Made by a program: the position numbers and the translations under genes. The notes beneath the pieces are model-generated. The model had not been told where the DNA came from. It was given only the letters and a program-made list of their open reading frames with translations, and did not search any database. Shown here one piece after another: positions 51,044 through 59,975 of a stretch of DNA of 64,000 bases. This DNA is from an uncultured Acidobacteriota bacterium. GTDB taxonomy: Bacteria > Acidobacteriota > UBA6911. The DNA lies in NCBI GenBank assembly GCA_963809485.1, contig CAWEJX010000017.1:1-64000 (forward strand), in the 5' to 3' direction. Each line of letters begins with the position of its first letter. The first letter of the stretch is position 1.

Positions 51044-51645
51044 ATATAATGCTCCAGCTTTCTCTGAAGCAGTTCTCTCGCCCGGTGCAGTCGCGACTTG
51101 ATGGTTCCGGCCGAACAGTTCAAAACCTTGGCGATGGTTTCGTACGGCAATTCCTGAACTTCTTTCATTATAAAAGCGGTCCGGTACTTTTCGGGCAGCG
51201 ATCGAATGGCGTCTTCCAGTACATGGCTGCTCTCTTTGCGCAGTACCTCGTCGCGGGGATTGCGCCGGCTATCGGTTATTTCAAATTCCGGCTTTGAATC
51301 GTCCGATGGCTGCCGCTGCCCCCAGACATTTCTGTAAAACACCTGCCCGCGGCGTTTCCGATAACGCATTTCATCGATTGCCAGGTTCGTCGCGATGCGG
51401 TACATCCACGTGGAAAACTGGTACAGATTGCTGTAGCGGTTGATGTTCCGATACACCCTGAGGAAGGTCTCCTGACACAGATCGACAGCAATATCGTAAT
51501 CGCCGACCATCATGTTGAGATAGTTGGTGAGTGCATCCTTATATCGGGTAACCAGCTGCGTGAATGCCTCATCGTTGCCCGCTATGAATTCGCTCACCAG
51601 CCTGTTATCGGTGGCCGGTCGCGTCCTGACCGAGTTCCAAATCAA
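51040..51645 (-). CDS. ECF sigma-70 factor (RpoE-like)
   Basis: DLCQETFLRVY, FSTWMYRIATN and GTIKSRLHRAR. Confidence 0.93.
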   Translation of the reverse strand: MIWNSVRTRPATDNRLVSEFIAGNDEAFTQLVTRYKDALTNYLNMMVGDYDIAVDLCQETFLRVYRNINRYSNLYQFSTWMYRIATNLAIDEMRYRKRRGQVFYRNVWGQRQPSDDSKPEFEITDSRRNPRDEVLRKESSHVLEDAIRSLPEKYRTAFIMKEVQELPYETIAKVLNCSAGTIKSRLHRARELLQRKLEHYI

Positions 51646-51817
51646 AGCTGGGTGTCGTTATGGCCTTTTCCCCAAGCTCGGAATTCAACTTCTTCAACCT
51701 CCGGCAATTCCTGGATCGACGGATCCTGTTTCTGCATGCTTTAGGCCGGATCAGCCGAACCGCTCAACTCCTAAATCCACCAATCTAGTACGTAAATCAC
51801 GCAATTCAGGTTTCCTT

Positions 51818-54448
51818 TTATTTCATATCCATCCAGTTGTCGGCGACGTTCAAATCCACTTTCAAGCGGAACCATGCAGCCGGGCGGCCCCCTCCATCTC
51901 CCGTTGAACCAGGGTACGCCTGTCCTCCACTTCCGCCACGGGAACCTCGAGAACCAGTTCATCGTGCACCTGAAGCAAAATTTTAGCGGATAACCGTTTT
52001 TCCTGCAAAGCTTGATGGATGCGAATCATGGCAATTTTAATGATGTCGGCCGCCGTCCCCTGGATCGGGCTGTTGACGGCAATCCGTTCGGCGAAATGCT
52101 CCTCACATTGATAGTCTTTGCTGTGGATATCCGGAATGGGACGGATCCGGCCAAACAGGGTTCTCACGTCAGTCCGGACTGGCGCACCTCTTCAAGCGTC
52201 CGGTCCAGCCAGGACCTGAACTCCGCGATAGCGCTGAAAGTAGGCATCGATAAATGCCTGCGCATCTTCTCTGGAGATCCCGAGCGTCTGGGCCAGTCCG
52301 AAGGCAGAAAGCCCGTATACAATTCCGAAGTTGATGACCTTGGCCCTGCCGTCGGCATTCGGCCCGGTTTGCGAGTTCGGCCTCGCTGAAGACCTCGCGC
52401 GCCGTCCGGTCATGGATATCTTCGCCTGCTCGAAACGCGCTGATCAGCACCTCATCCTCCGAAAGGTGCGCAAGGATGCGCAGCTCCACCTGAGAATAGT
52501 CGCAGCCGAGATCAGCAGATTTCCCTTTTCCGGGACAAAGGCGCCCCGGATCAGTCGGCCCAGTTCGGATCGGATCGGGATATTCTGCAGGTTGGGATCG
52601 GAGCTCGACAGACGGCCGGTGGCGGCGCCGGTCTGGTTGAAGGAGGTGTGCACTCTACCGGTTGCTGGATGGATCAGTGCGGGAAGCGCATCCACATAGG
52701 TCGATTTAAGCTTGGTCACCTGCCGGTATTCCAGAATCAGTCTGGGAAGCCCATAGGTTCCTGTGCGAGTTCTTCGAGAACGCCCTGGTCAGTGCTGTAT
52801 CCGCCGGTTTTGCGCGTTTTCTTTTTGGCCGGCAGGTTCAGCTTCTCAAAGAGAATTTCGCCCAGCTGCTTGGGCGAGTTGATGTTAAATTCCATCCCAG
52901 CCGCCTGGTAGATAGTTTGAGTAAGATCGTTCTGCTGCTTTTCCATGGCGGAAGACATCTGCTGAAGCATTCCGCGGTCAACCTTTATACCCGTGCGCTC
53001 CATAGCCGCCAGAACCGGGACCAGGGGGAGCTCGATTTCCTCATAGAGCTTGCGCAATTCAAGCTGATCCAGGCGAGGATTGAGCTGCTCGTAAAGACGG
53101 CGCATGGCCTCGAGCTGAAGGCAGAGCCTTTGGGCGAGATCCTGCGGTTCCGGAATGAGCAGGCCCTGGTCTCTCGGCTTCTCCTCGGGCAGCGAAATAT
53201 GCAGCTGATCCAGAGCCCAGCGATTGAGAGAATAATCTCCGGCATTGGGCGCGGTCAGGAAGGCCATGAGCATTACGTCATCCGGGATGCCGGAAGAGTC
53301 AATCTCACGATTTTCCTGGGAAAGGAAATAAAGCTTCGAATCCCAGCACACCTTGGGCTGGGAACCCTTCACGAGGCGGTTCCAGAGCAGGGATTGGGCT
53401 TTGTTTTTCAGATCTATCAGAACGGCATCTCCTGAATCACCCTGTGCGCACACCACCTGGGCGGTTTTTCTGCCCAGCGCCGAGCCCGCGTGGTAAAGAG
53501 TCAAATAGAGCCTGGAGTGCTTTCCCAGTTTTTCCACCGGATCGCCGGAATCGCGCGAGCCACTTGGCCCTTGAGAGGTTCTGCGGCTTTCTCATCGAGG
53601 AACTCGCGCATCAGGGATTTGAATTCCAGCTCTGAGAACAATTCAAATGCGGCCTTGCGGTCCGGTTCGCAAAGAACGAGGGACGGAAGATCCAGTTCCA
53701 GCGGCAGGTCGCACCGGATCGTGGCCAGCTCGCGGCTCATGCGAATAAGCTCCGCGTTGTCGCGCAGGCTTTCCTGGTAGGTTCGTTTTTTGACTTTGTC
53801 CCAGTTTCCCAGGAGGTTTTCGATGCTTCCGAAGTTCTGAATCAGCTCGCGCGCTCCCTTTTCGCCGATACCCGGAGCCCCCGGGATATTGTCCACCGTG
53901 TCACCCCAAAGACCCAGCAGATCCGCAACCTGGTCCGGCCGCACACCCAGCTTCTCTTCAACCTTGTGCGCGTCCAGAACCGTGTTGTCCTTCATGGCAT
54001 CCAGGACCAGCACCTGATGCGAAACCAGCTGCAGCATATCCTTATCGCTGGTCACGATGACGGAGTCGAGCCCCTGTTCGGCAGCTTTTCGTGAAAGCGT
54101 GCCGATCACGTCGTCCGCCTCGTATCCTGCGTAACTGATCACCGGAACGCAAAAGGCATGGCAGACCTTTTCGATATAGGGTATCTGCTGGACCAGATCG
54201 GGAGGCATGGGCTTTCGCGTCGCTTTGTATGCTTCGTACTTCTCGTGCCGGACGGTAGGGCCTTCAAGATCCAGTGCGACACCGATGAAGTCGGGCTTCT
54301 GTTCTTCGATCAGCTTGCGCAGCATCGACGTGAAGCCGTATATGGCATTGGTCGGCAGCCCCTTGCTGTTGCTCAGGTTGCGTATTGCAAAATATGCGCG
54401 GTAGATGTGGGACATGCCGTCGATCAGGAACAGGCGTTTGGAACTCAT
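51818..54448 (-). CDS. polA: DNA polymerase I, multiple frameshifts
   Basis: [61 protein letters not shown] and QVHDEL spread over at least seven ORF pieces. Confidence 0.95.
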
Positions 54449-54497
54449 GGGAGATCCTTTGTTTGAATGGAGCCAGATTGTAGCATGTTCCGGCAGG

Positions 54498-54725
54498 CTA
54501 CGGAGAGCCTTTGCGGAAGGCTTCGAGGCTCCAGCAGTCCTTGCCTTCGTCATGGCAAAGGAAATAGGTGTTGCCGTCGCTCGCCCGCACCCGGAAGTAA
54601 TGTAACGACGGGCTGTACCACTGGTCCTCGACCTGCAAAACCTCGAGCGGCTGTCCTCCAAGGGTGAAGCGCACCGGCCGCTCATCCGCCTTGTGCCCGG
54701 AATAGCATTCCACCTTGATATTCAT
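54498..54725 (-). CDS. Small conserved hypothetical protein
   Basis: VECYSGHKADERPVRF..DQWYSP..YFRV; coupled to the xerC stop. Confidence 0.7.
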   Translation of the reverse strand: MNIKVECYSGHKADERPVRFTLGGQPLEVLQVEDQWYSPSLHYFRVRASDGNTYFLCHDEGKDCWSLEAFRKGSP

Positions 54726-55732
54726 CAGGATTTCGCCGTCTTGTTTTTTGCGCGGGGATGGCAGGACTGGTAGACTCGAACCAGTTGCTCAACCGACACG
54801 TGCGTGTATTTCTGGGTCGTCGACAGGCTTTCATGGCCCAGCAGTTCCTGGATGGAACGTAGATCGGCTCCGGCACTTAGCATATGGGTGGCGAAGGTGT
54901 GTCGGAGTGTATGCGGATGCACCTTCAGTCTCTGTGCCAGCTTTGAGACATGATGATCTACGATGTTTCCCACACTTCTGCTTGTCAGCCGGCCGCCCCT
55001 GAAGTTCAGGAAGAGAGCGTCGCCTGCCGGCTCCTGGCTTTTTGACTGAGCAGGCCGGGCCCTGACCTGTTTCGCTCTGACCTGAAGGTACGATTCCAGG
55101 GATTGCGCAGCGCTCCTGCCGAATGGAACGATGCGCTCCTTCCTGCCTTTTCCCACGCACCGCACCAGACCTTCGGTGAGACTGATGTCACCCAGGTTCA
55201 ATCCGACCAGTTCGCCGACACGCAGGCCGGCGGCATACAGAAGCTCCAGAATCGCCCGGTCGCGCTTGCCCAGGTCCATGCCCGTGTCCGGGGCCTCGAT
55301 GAGGCTGACTGTCGCCTCCAGCGTCAGGAAATCCGGCAGCCGGATTTCCTGTTTCGGTGAAGCGACGCTTTTTGCCGGATTTGAAGGAATAGCGCCCTGA
55401 ACCGAAAGATACTTCAGGAACGAACGCATGGCTGCCAGTTTCCGGGCTGCGGATGATTTTTTGTTTTTCCTCTGATAGAGCACGCCCAGGAATTCGCGGA
55501 TAGTCAGGTTATCGATCTGGGCCGGTTCGGGCTCGGGACGCGCTTCGCCTGACGGGGAGGTTGTCAGAAAATGATGGAACTGCTGCAGGTCGGAAGCATA
55601 GTTTCTCAGTGTATGGGGTGAGGCATTTTTCTGATAGCGAAGGCTTTCGAGGAATTTCCCGATCCAGAAAGCCAGCGATCCTTCGGCAACCGGCGCCTCT
55701 TCAGGGCTGATTGAAATATCCGTATTTTTCAT
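54725..55732 (-). CDS. xerC: Tyrosine recombinase XerC
   Basis: RDRAILELLYAAGLR, HPHTLRHTFATH and LGHESLSTTQKY; trmFO-xerC gene order. Confidence 0.88.
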   Translation of the reverse strand: MKNTDISISPEEAPVAEGSLAFWIGKFLESLRYQKNASPHTLRNYASDLQQFHHFLTTSPSGEARPEPEPAQIDNLTIREFLGVLYQRKNKKSSAARKLAAMRSFLKYLSVQGAIPSNPAKSVASPKQEIRLPDFLTLEATVSLIEAPDTGMDLGKRDRAILELLYAAGLRVGELVGLNLGDISLTEGLVRCVGKGRKERIVPFGRSAAQSLESYLQVRAKQVRARPAQSKSQEPAGDALFLNFRGGRLTSRSVGNIVDHHVSKLAQRLKVHPHTLRHTFATHMLSAGADLRSIQELLGHESLSTTQKYTHVSVEQLVRVYQSCHPRAKNKTAKS

Positions 55733-57054
55733 GGTTCCTGCGTTTCAATCCACCGGTCCATTTGCCGGAGCGATTCCTCGACCTGCAACCGGTGGCGCTC
55801 CTTCCGGTCTTTAATGCGCGTCTTGAGATCCGGAGACGCTTCCGTCAGCAGCCCGAAACTCATGTTGGCCGGCTGGAAATGGTTCGGGTCCGCGAATGCG
55901 AGATAATGAACGAGACTTCCGCAGGCCGTGCCGCGCGGCGGCTGCAGAGGCTCAAGGCCCTGCACAAGCCTGCCTGCATTGATGCCGGCCAGAAGACCCG
56001 TGGCGATGGATTCGACATATCCTTCAACTCCGCATATCTGCCCGGCAAAAAAAAGGGCCGGATTCGTCCGCGTCTGGAGGGTCGGGTTGAGAAGTGCCGG
56101 CGAGTTGATGTACGAGTTCCGATGGATCCGGCCATAGCGAAGGAATTCGGCTTTCTCCAGGCCGGGAATCATGCGAAATACGCGGGCCTGTTCGGGGAAT
56201 TTCAAATGATTCTGGAATCCGACAAGGTTGTAGCAGTTCGCCATCAGATTTTCCAGCCTCAGCTGAACGGCCGCGTAGGGACGTTTGCCGGTGCGAGGGT
56301 CCACAAGACCCACAGGCTTCATCGGGCCGAACCGGAGCGTGTCGGCCCCCCTGCGCGCCAGTTCCTCGATGGGAAGACAGCCCTCAAAAAACTGGGGTTT
56401 CTCGAAGGAATGAAGAGGAACGGATTCGGCTGTGATCAGGGCCTCATAAAATCGAGCATACTCATCCCGTGTAAGGGGAGCGTTGAGATAATCCTCGCCG
56501 CCTTTCCCGTAGCGCGAGGCCGCAAATAGCCGCGAACGGTCCAGCGTGGCTGCATCCACTATGGGCGATATCGCGTCGTAAAAATACAGGTTTTGCGATC
56601 CGGCGAAGCGCGCGATCGATTCCGAAAGATCTCCTGACGTCAGCGGCCCCGTGGCCACAATTGTAACTCCGTCCTCAGGAAGCTGCCGGACTTCCTCACG
56701 AACCACCCGGATCTCGGGAGCATTGAGGATCTGCTCGGTGATGCGGCGGCTGAATTGTTCCCGGTCCACAGCCAGGGCATGTCCTGCCGGTATTTTGGTT
56801 TCGTCCGCGATACGCATCAGCAGGCTGCCCAGATGCCTCAATTCCTCTTTGAGTAGAAATGGCGCGGTCCCCGGAAGATCCGATTTCAGGGAATTGCTGC
56901 ACACGAGTTCGCCCAGGTAATCCGTCGTGTGGGCAGAGGTCGCGGTCCCGGGCCGCATTTCGTAAAGGAGCACTTTCAGTCCCCTGCGCGCGATCTGCCA
57001 CGCTGCCTCCGTTCCTGCGAGGCCTCCGCCGATGACGGTGATTTCGGGCTCCAT
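55729..57054 (-). CDS. trmFO: FAD/folate-dependent tRNA (uracil-5)-methyltransferase
   Basis: GGGLAGTEAA, ELVCSNS, FYDAISP, FEGCLPIE, GPMKPVG and GVEGYVES. Confidence 0.96.
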   Translation of the reverse strand: MEPEITVIGGGLAGTEAAWQIARRGLKVLLYEMRPGTATSAHTTDYLGELVCSNSLKSDLPGTAPFLLKEELRHLGSLLMRIADETKIPAGHALAVDREQFSRRITEQILNAPEIRVVREEVRQLPEDGVTIVATGPLTSGDLSESIARFAGSQNLYFYDAISPIVDAATLDRSRLFAASRYGKGGEDYLNAPLTRDEYARFYEALITAESVPLHSFEKPQFFEGCLPIEELARRGADTLRFGPMKPVGLVDPRTGKRPYAAVQLRLENLMANCYNLVGFQNHLKFPEQARVFRMIPGLEKAEFLRYGRIHRNSYINSPALLNPTLQTRTNPALFFAGQICGVEGYVESIATGLLAGINAGRLVQGLEPLQPPRGTACGSLVHYLAFADPNHFQPANMSFGLLTEASPDLKTRIKDRKERHRLQVEESLRQMDRWIETQEP

Positions 57055-57153
57055 CCCGAGATTTTATTAAATGCAGCCACAGAGAACAATACCGCCGGTG
57101 AATCGCCGGCCCGTCCGACAAGCTACCATTTGGTATTCGCCCACCATGATTTT

Positions 57154-57193
57154 AACGCGGACGAACGCCGATAAACGCTGACGCACGCTGATA
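57154..57193 (+). repeat. 10-mer tandem array, 4 units
   Basis: AACGCGGACG AACGCCGATA AACGCTGACG CACGCTGATA. Confidence 0.75.
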
Positions 57194-57465
57194 AATTATA
57201 AATAAATACTATTTTCTCAGCAGTTGATGGCGCCGCTTGACTGGATTTTACAGAACAGGCTATGGACTAAGCGTGATTTCACAGGCGAATCTCTTCTATC
57301 CTAAAACCCCAAAATATTCATCCGATATTGCGGATTGCAGTTACGGAGATCCTGTAAATGCAAAAGGCGTCGGGGCGATGAAACTTTGATGAGGAGGATG
57401 CATCCAATCCGGTGAAGGGATTCCGTAAAGGCGGTCACGGAAGACCCGATACAACAGGAGACACC

Positions 57466-58032
57466 ATGCGCAAGATATTGCTTGGCTCGTTTTTGATGAT
57501 GCTGGTTCCGCTGGCTGCGATGGCGCAACCGGATTATCCAAGAGCGGAAGTATTCGGCGGATACTCCTACTTCAGGGCCAATCCGGATGAGTTCAACCTC
57601 CACGGATGGAATGCCTCGGTTGCGGTCAATATCAACGAATGGCTGGGCGTGGAAGGGGATTTCAGCGGACATTACGGCTCCCCATCATTTTACGGATTCA
57701 GCATTCCGTATACCGACATCAGTTCATTTACATACATGGCGGGACCCAAGGTGACATACCGTGCCGGTTCCGTCGCGCCGTTCGCTCATTTTCTGATCGG
57801 AGGAGCCCGGGCCGCCACAGGCGCGTATGGCGTATCGGTGTCCGACACAGCCCTGGCGGCAGCGGTCGGCGGTGGGATCGACATCAAGGTAAGCGAGCAT
57901 GTGGCAATCCGGGCGGTCCAGGCGGATTACCTGATGACCCGGTTTGAAACAGGACCGGCGATTCTCTTCAGCGGATTTGACGATCGCCAGAACAACTTCA
58001 GGCTTTCTGCAGGGATTGTGTTCCGCTTCTGA
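57466..58032 (+). CDS. Small outer-membrane beta-barrel protein
   Basis: Signal peptide, EVFGGYSY, GGGID and C-terminal LSAGIVFRF; AGGAG RBS. Confidence 0.88.
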   Translation: MRKILLGSFLMMLVPLAAMAQPDYPRAEVFGGYSYFRANPDEFNLHGWNASVAVNINEWLGVEGDFSGHYGSPSFYGFSIPYTDISSFTYMAGPKVTYRAGSVAPFAHFLIGGARAATGAYGVSVSDTALAAAVGGGIDIKVSEHVAIRAVQADYLMTRFETGPAILFSGFDDRQNNFRLSAGIVFRF

Positions 58033-58059
58033 TTTTGACGGGAAGCTCCTGCGGTAAGG

Positions 58060-58398
58060 TCAATAAAATTCCTGACCGGACCGCAGGAGCTTGGCTCTCC
58101 ACATTTCCACAAGCTCCTTAAGATCCTCCGTATAATCGCAGGACGGGTCGCTTTTAGGTTCGAGGTAATCAAGCGCTTCAAAGGCAAATTGATCTTTGCC
58201 CAGTTCGCTGAAATCCTTCTGGAGCGTTTTATTGGGGTGGCTCCCGATCTCCAGCTGAAACCGGTGGCCGTTGAGCTTTCCCGGAAGATTCCTGCTGCAT
58301 CCAATAAACATTTTCCCGCTGACCAGGTTTCTGATCCGGTATACGCCCATGGGAGTCGGTGTCTGTTTGTAGTTTCTTTTTATCTGCGCCTTGTCCAT
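58060..58398 (-). CDS. GIY-YIG family protein
   Basis: MGVYRIRN..KMFIG motif; 112 aa stand-alone. Confidence 0.75.
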   Translation of the reverse strand: MDKAQIKRNYKQTPTPMGVYRIRNLVSGKMFIGCSRNLPGKLNGHRFQLEIGSHPNKTLQKDFSELGKDQFAFEALDYLEPKSDPSCDYTEDLKELVEMWRAKLLRSGQEFY

Positions 58399-58472
58399 CC
58401 CCGTATACTCCGTTGCGCTTCCTCAAAGTGAAGGACAGTTCTTCAGAGCCTCTTTATAAGAATTGCGGACAT

Positions 58473-59165
58473 TCACAACAGCGGAAGCAAAACTTTCCAT
58501 ACGTTCTCAACAACAATGGCATAGCCTTCGGCCGTGGGGTGAATCCCGTCATCCTGATTCAGCCGGGCGTGACCGCCAACCCCTTCCAGAAAAAAGGGTA
58601 TGAGAGCAATTCCGTGTTCTTTGGCCACCTGCCTGAAGATTTCACGAAAGGAACTTGTATATTGCGGGCCATAGTTGGGGGGAATCTCCATGCCGGCCAG
58701 GACCACTTCTGCCCCGGCAGATTTGAGCCGGTTGACCATCGCGGCAAGATTGCTGCGGGTGGCTTCAACGGGCATTCCGCGCAATCCATCGTTGGCGCCG
58801 AACTCGATAATGGCGATTGCAGGGCGAAGCTCAAGCACAGCCTGAATTCGCTGGAGTCCCTGGGCGGAGGTCTCCCCGCTGACGCCCGCGTTTGCGATCC
58901 GATAGCGATATCCGGCCGCATCGATTTTTGCCTGGAGTTGGGCAGGATAATTGCGGGAGGCATCGACCCCCGCTCCAGCAGTCAAACTGTCGCCAAAAGC
59001 GACAATGACCGGCCGGTCGTCCTGTTCCTCATTGATGGATGAGGCCGTCGAACCGAGCTGCGTCTTTGGAGTCTCTTCATCCCTGGATCTTGAGCATCCT
59101 CCGCATAAAAGTATACAGGCAATCACTGTAAAAAATGCGTATCGTCCCAATTTTCCCTCCCGCAT
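58473..59165 (-). CDS. Arylesterase/GDSL lipase (TesA-like), probable lipoprotein
   Basis: FGDSLTAG, NAGVSG, GANDG and DGIHP; start uncertain. Confidence 0.92.
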   Translation of the reverse strand: MREGKLGRYAFFTVIACILLCGGCSRSRDEETPKTQLGSTASSINEEQDDRPVIVAFGDSLTAGAGVDASRNYPAQLQAKIDAAGYRYRIANAGVSGETSAQGLQRIQAVLELRPAIAIIEFGANDGLRGMPVEATRSNLAAMVNRLKSAGAEVVLAGMEIPPNYGPQYTSSFREIFRQVAKEHGIALIPFFLEGVGGHARLNQDDGIHPTAEGYAIVVENVWKVLLPLL

Positions 59166-59280
59166 TCCCCAGGATAGCAGATCCGGCCTGCAATCCGGGA
59201 CATGGGACATGCGTCCTGCGGCTTTCAGCCTATATAACCTAACCCGCGCCCATGCTACAGTGTACCCGGAGAAAAAGTCC

Positions 59281-59946
59281 ATGATCGAAGTGCGAAATCT
59301 GACAAAGGAGCTGAATTCGGGCGCCCATCGGGTTGAAATCCTGAAGGGCATCGATTTGACGGTGCGCAAGGGAGAAGTGCTTGCCGTGGAAGGTCCGTCG
59401 GGCAGCGGGAAAAGTACGCTGCTTGGGTTAATCGCCGGATTCGACACGCCCACATCCGGATCGATCAAAATCGACGGGGAGGAAATCACCGGCCTGGATG
59501 AGGACCAGCTTGCGCTTCTGAGAGGCAGGAAGCTCGGCTTTGTATTCCAGTCCTATAATCTCATCCCGACGCTGACGGCGGAGGAAAACGTGATGCTCCC
59601 CCTGGAACTGCGCGGCGACGCCATGAATCCGCAGGAGAGAGCATGCAGCCTGCTTTCGGCCGTTGGACTGGAGACCCGCCGTTCGCACTATCCGGCTCAA
59701 TTGTCCGGGGGCGAGCAGCAGAGGGTCGCGCTTGCGCGCGCATTCGCCTGCAGCCCGTCGATCCTGCTGGCGGATGAGCCCACCGGAAACCTTGACAGCG
59801 TGACGGGAGGAATCGTCCTGGAGATGCTTCTGAAACTCAACCGCAGCGAGGGAGCCACCCTGGTGATAGTGACGCACGATCCTTCTCTCAGCCGGCTTGC
59901 AGACCGCATCGTCCGGCTGCGTGACGGCCGGATCGTTGATGAATAG
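59281..59946 (+). CDS. ABC transporter ATP-binding protein (YbbA-like)
   Basis: GPSGSGKST, LSGGEQQR and DEPTGNLD; divergent from the tesA-like gene. Confidence 0.93.
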   Translation: MIEVRNLTKELNSGAHRVEILKGIDLTVRKGEVLAVEGPSGSGKSTLLGLIAGFDTPTSGSIKIDGEEITGLDEDQLALLRGRKLGFVFQSYNLIPTLTAEENVMLPLELRGDAMNPQERACSLLSAVGLETRRSHYPAQLSGGEQQRVALARAFACSPSILLADEPTGNLDSVTGGIVLEMLLKLNRSEGATLVIVTHDPSLSRLADRIVRLRDGRIVDE

Positions 59947-59975
59947 AGGGGAAGATTTTTAATGAGGATCCGCAG

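Noticed and set aside
54725-55732. Tyrosine recombinase as the island integrase
   Set aside because: It sits in the housekeeping trmFO-xerC context about 25 kb from the island, with no att sites seen.
58060-58398. GIY-YIG protein as a homing endonuclease
   Set aside because: Stand-alone, short, no DNA-binding extension and no interrupted host gene.
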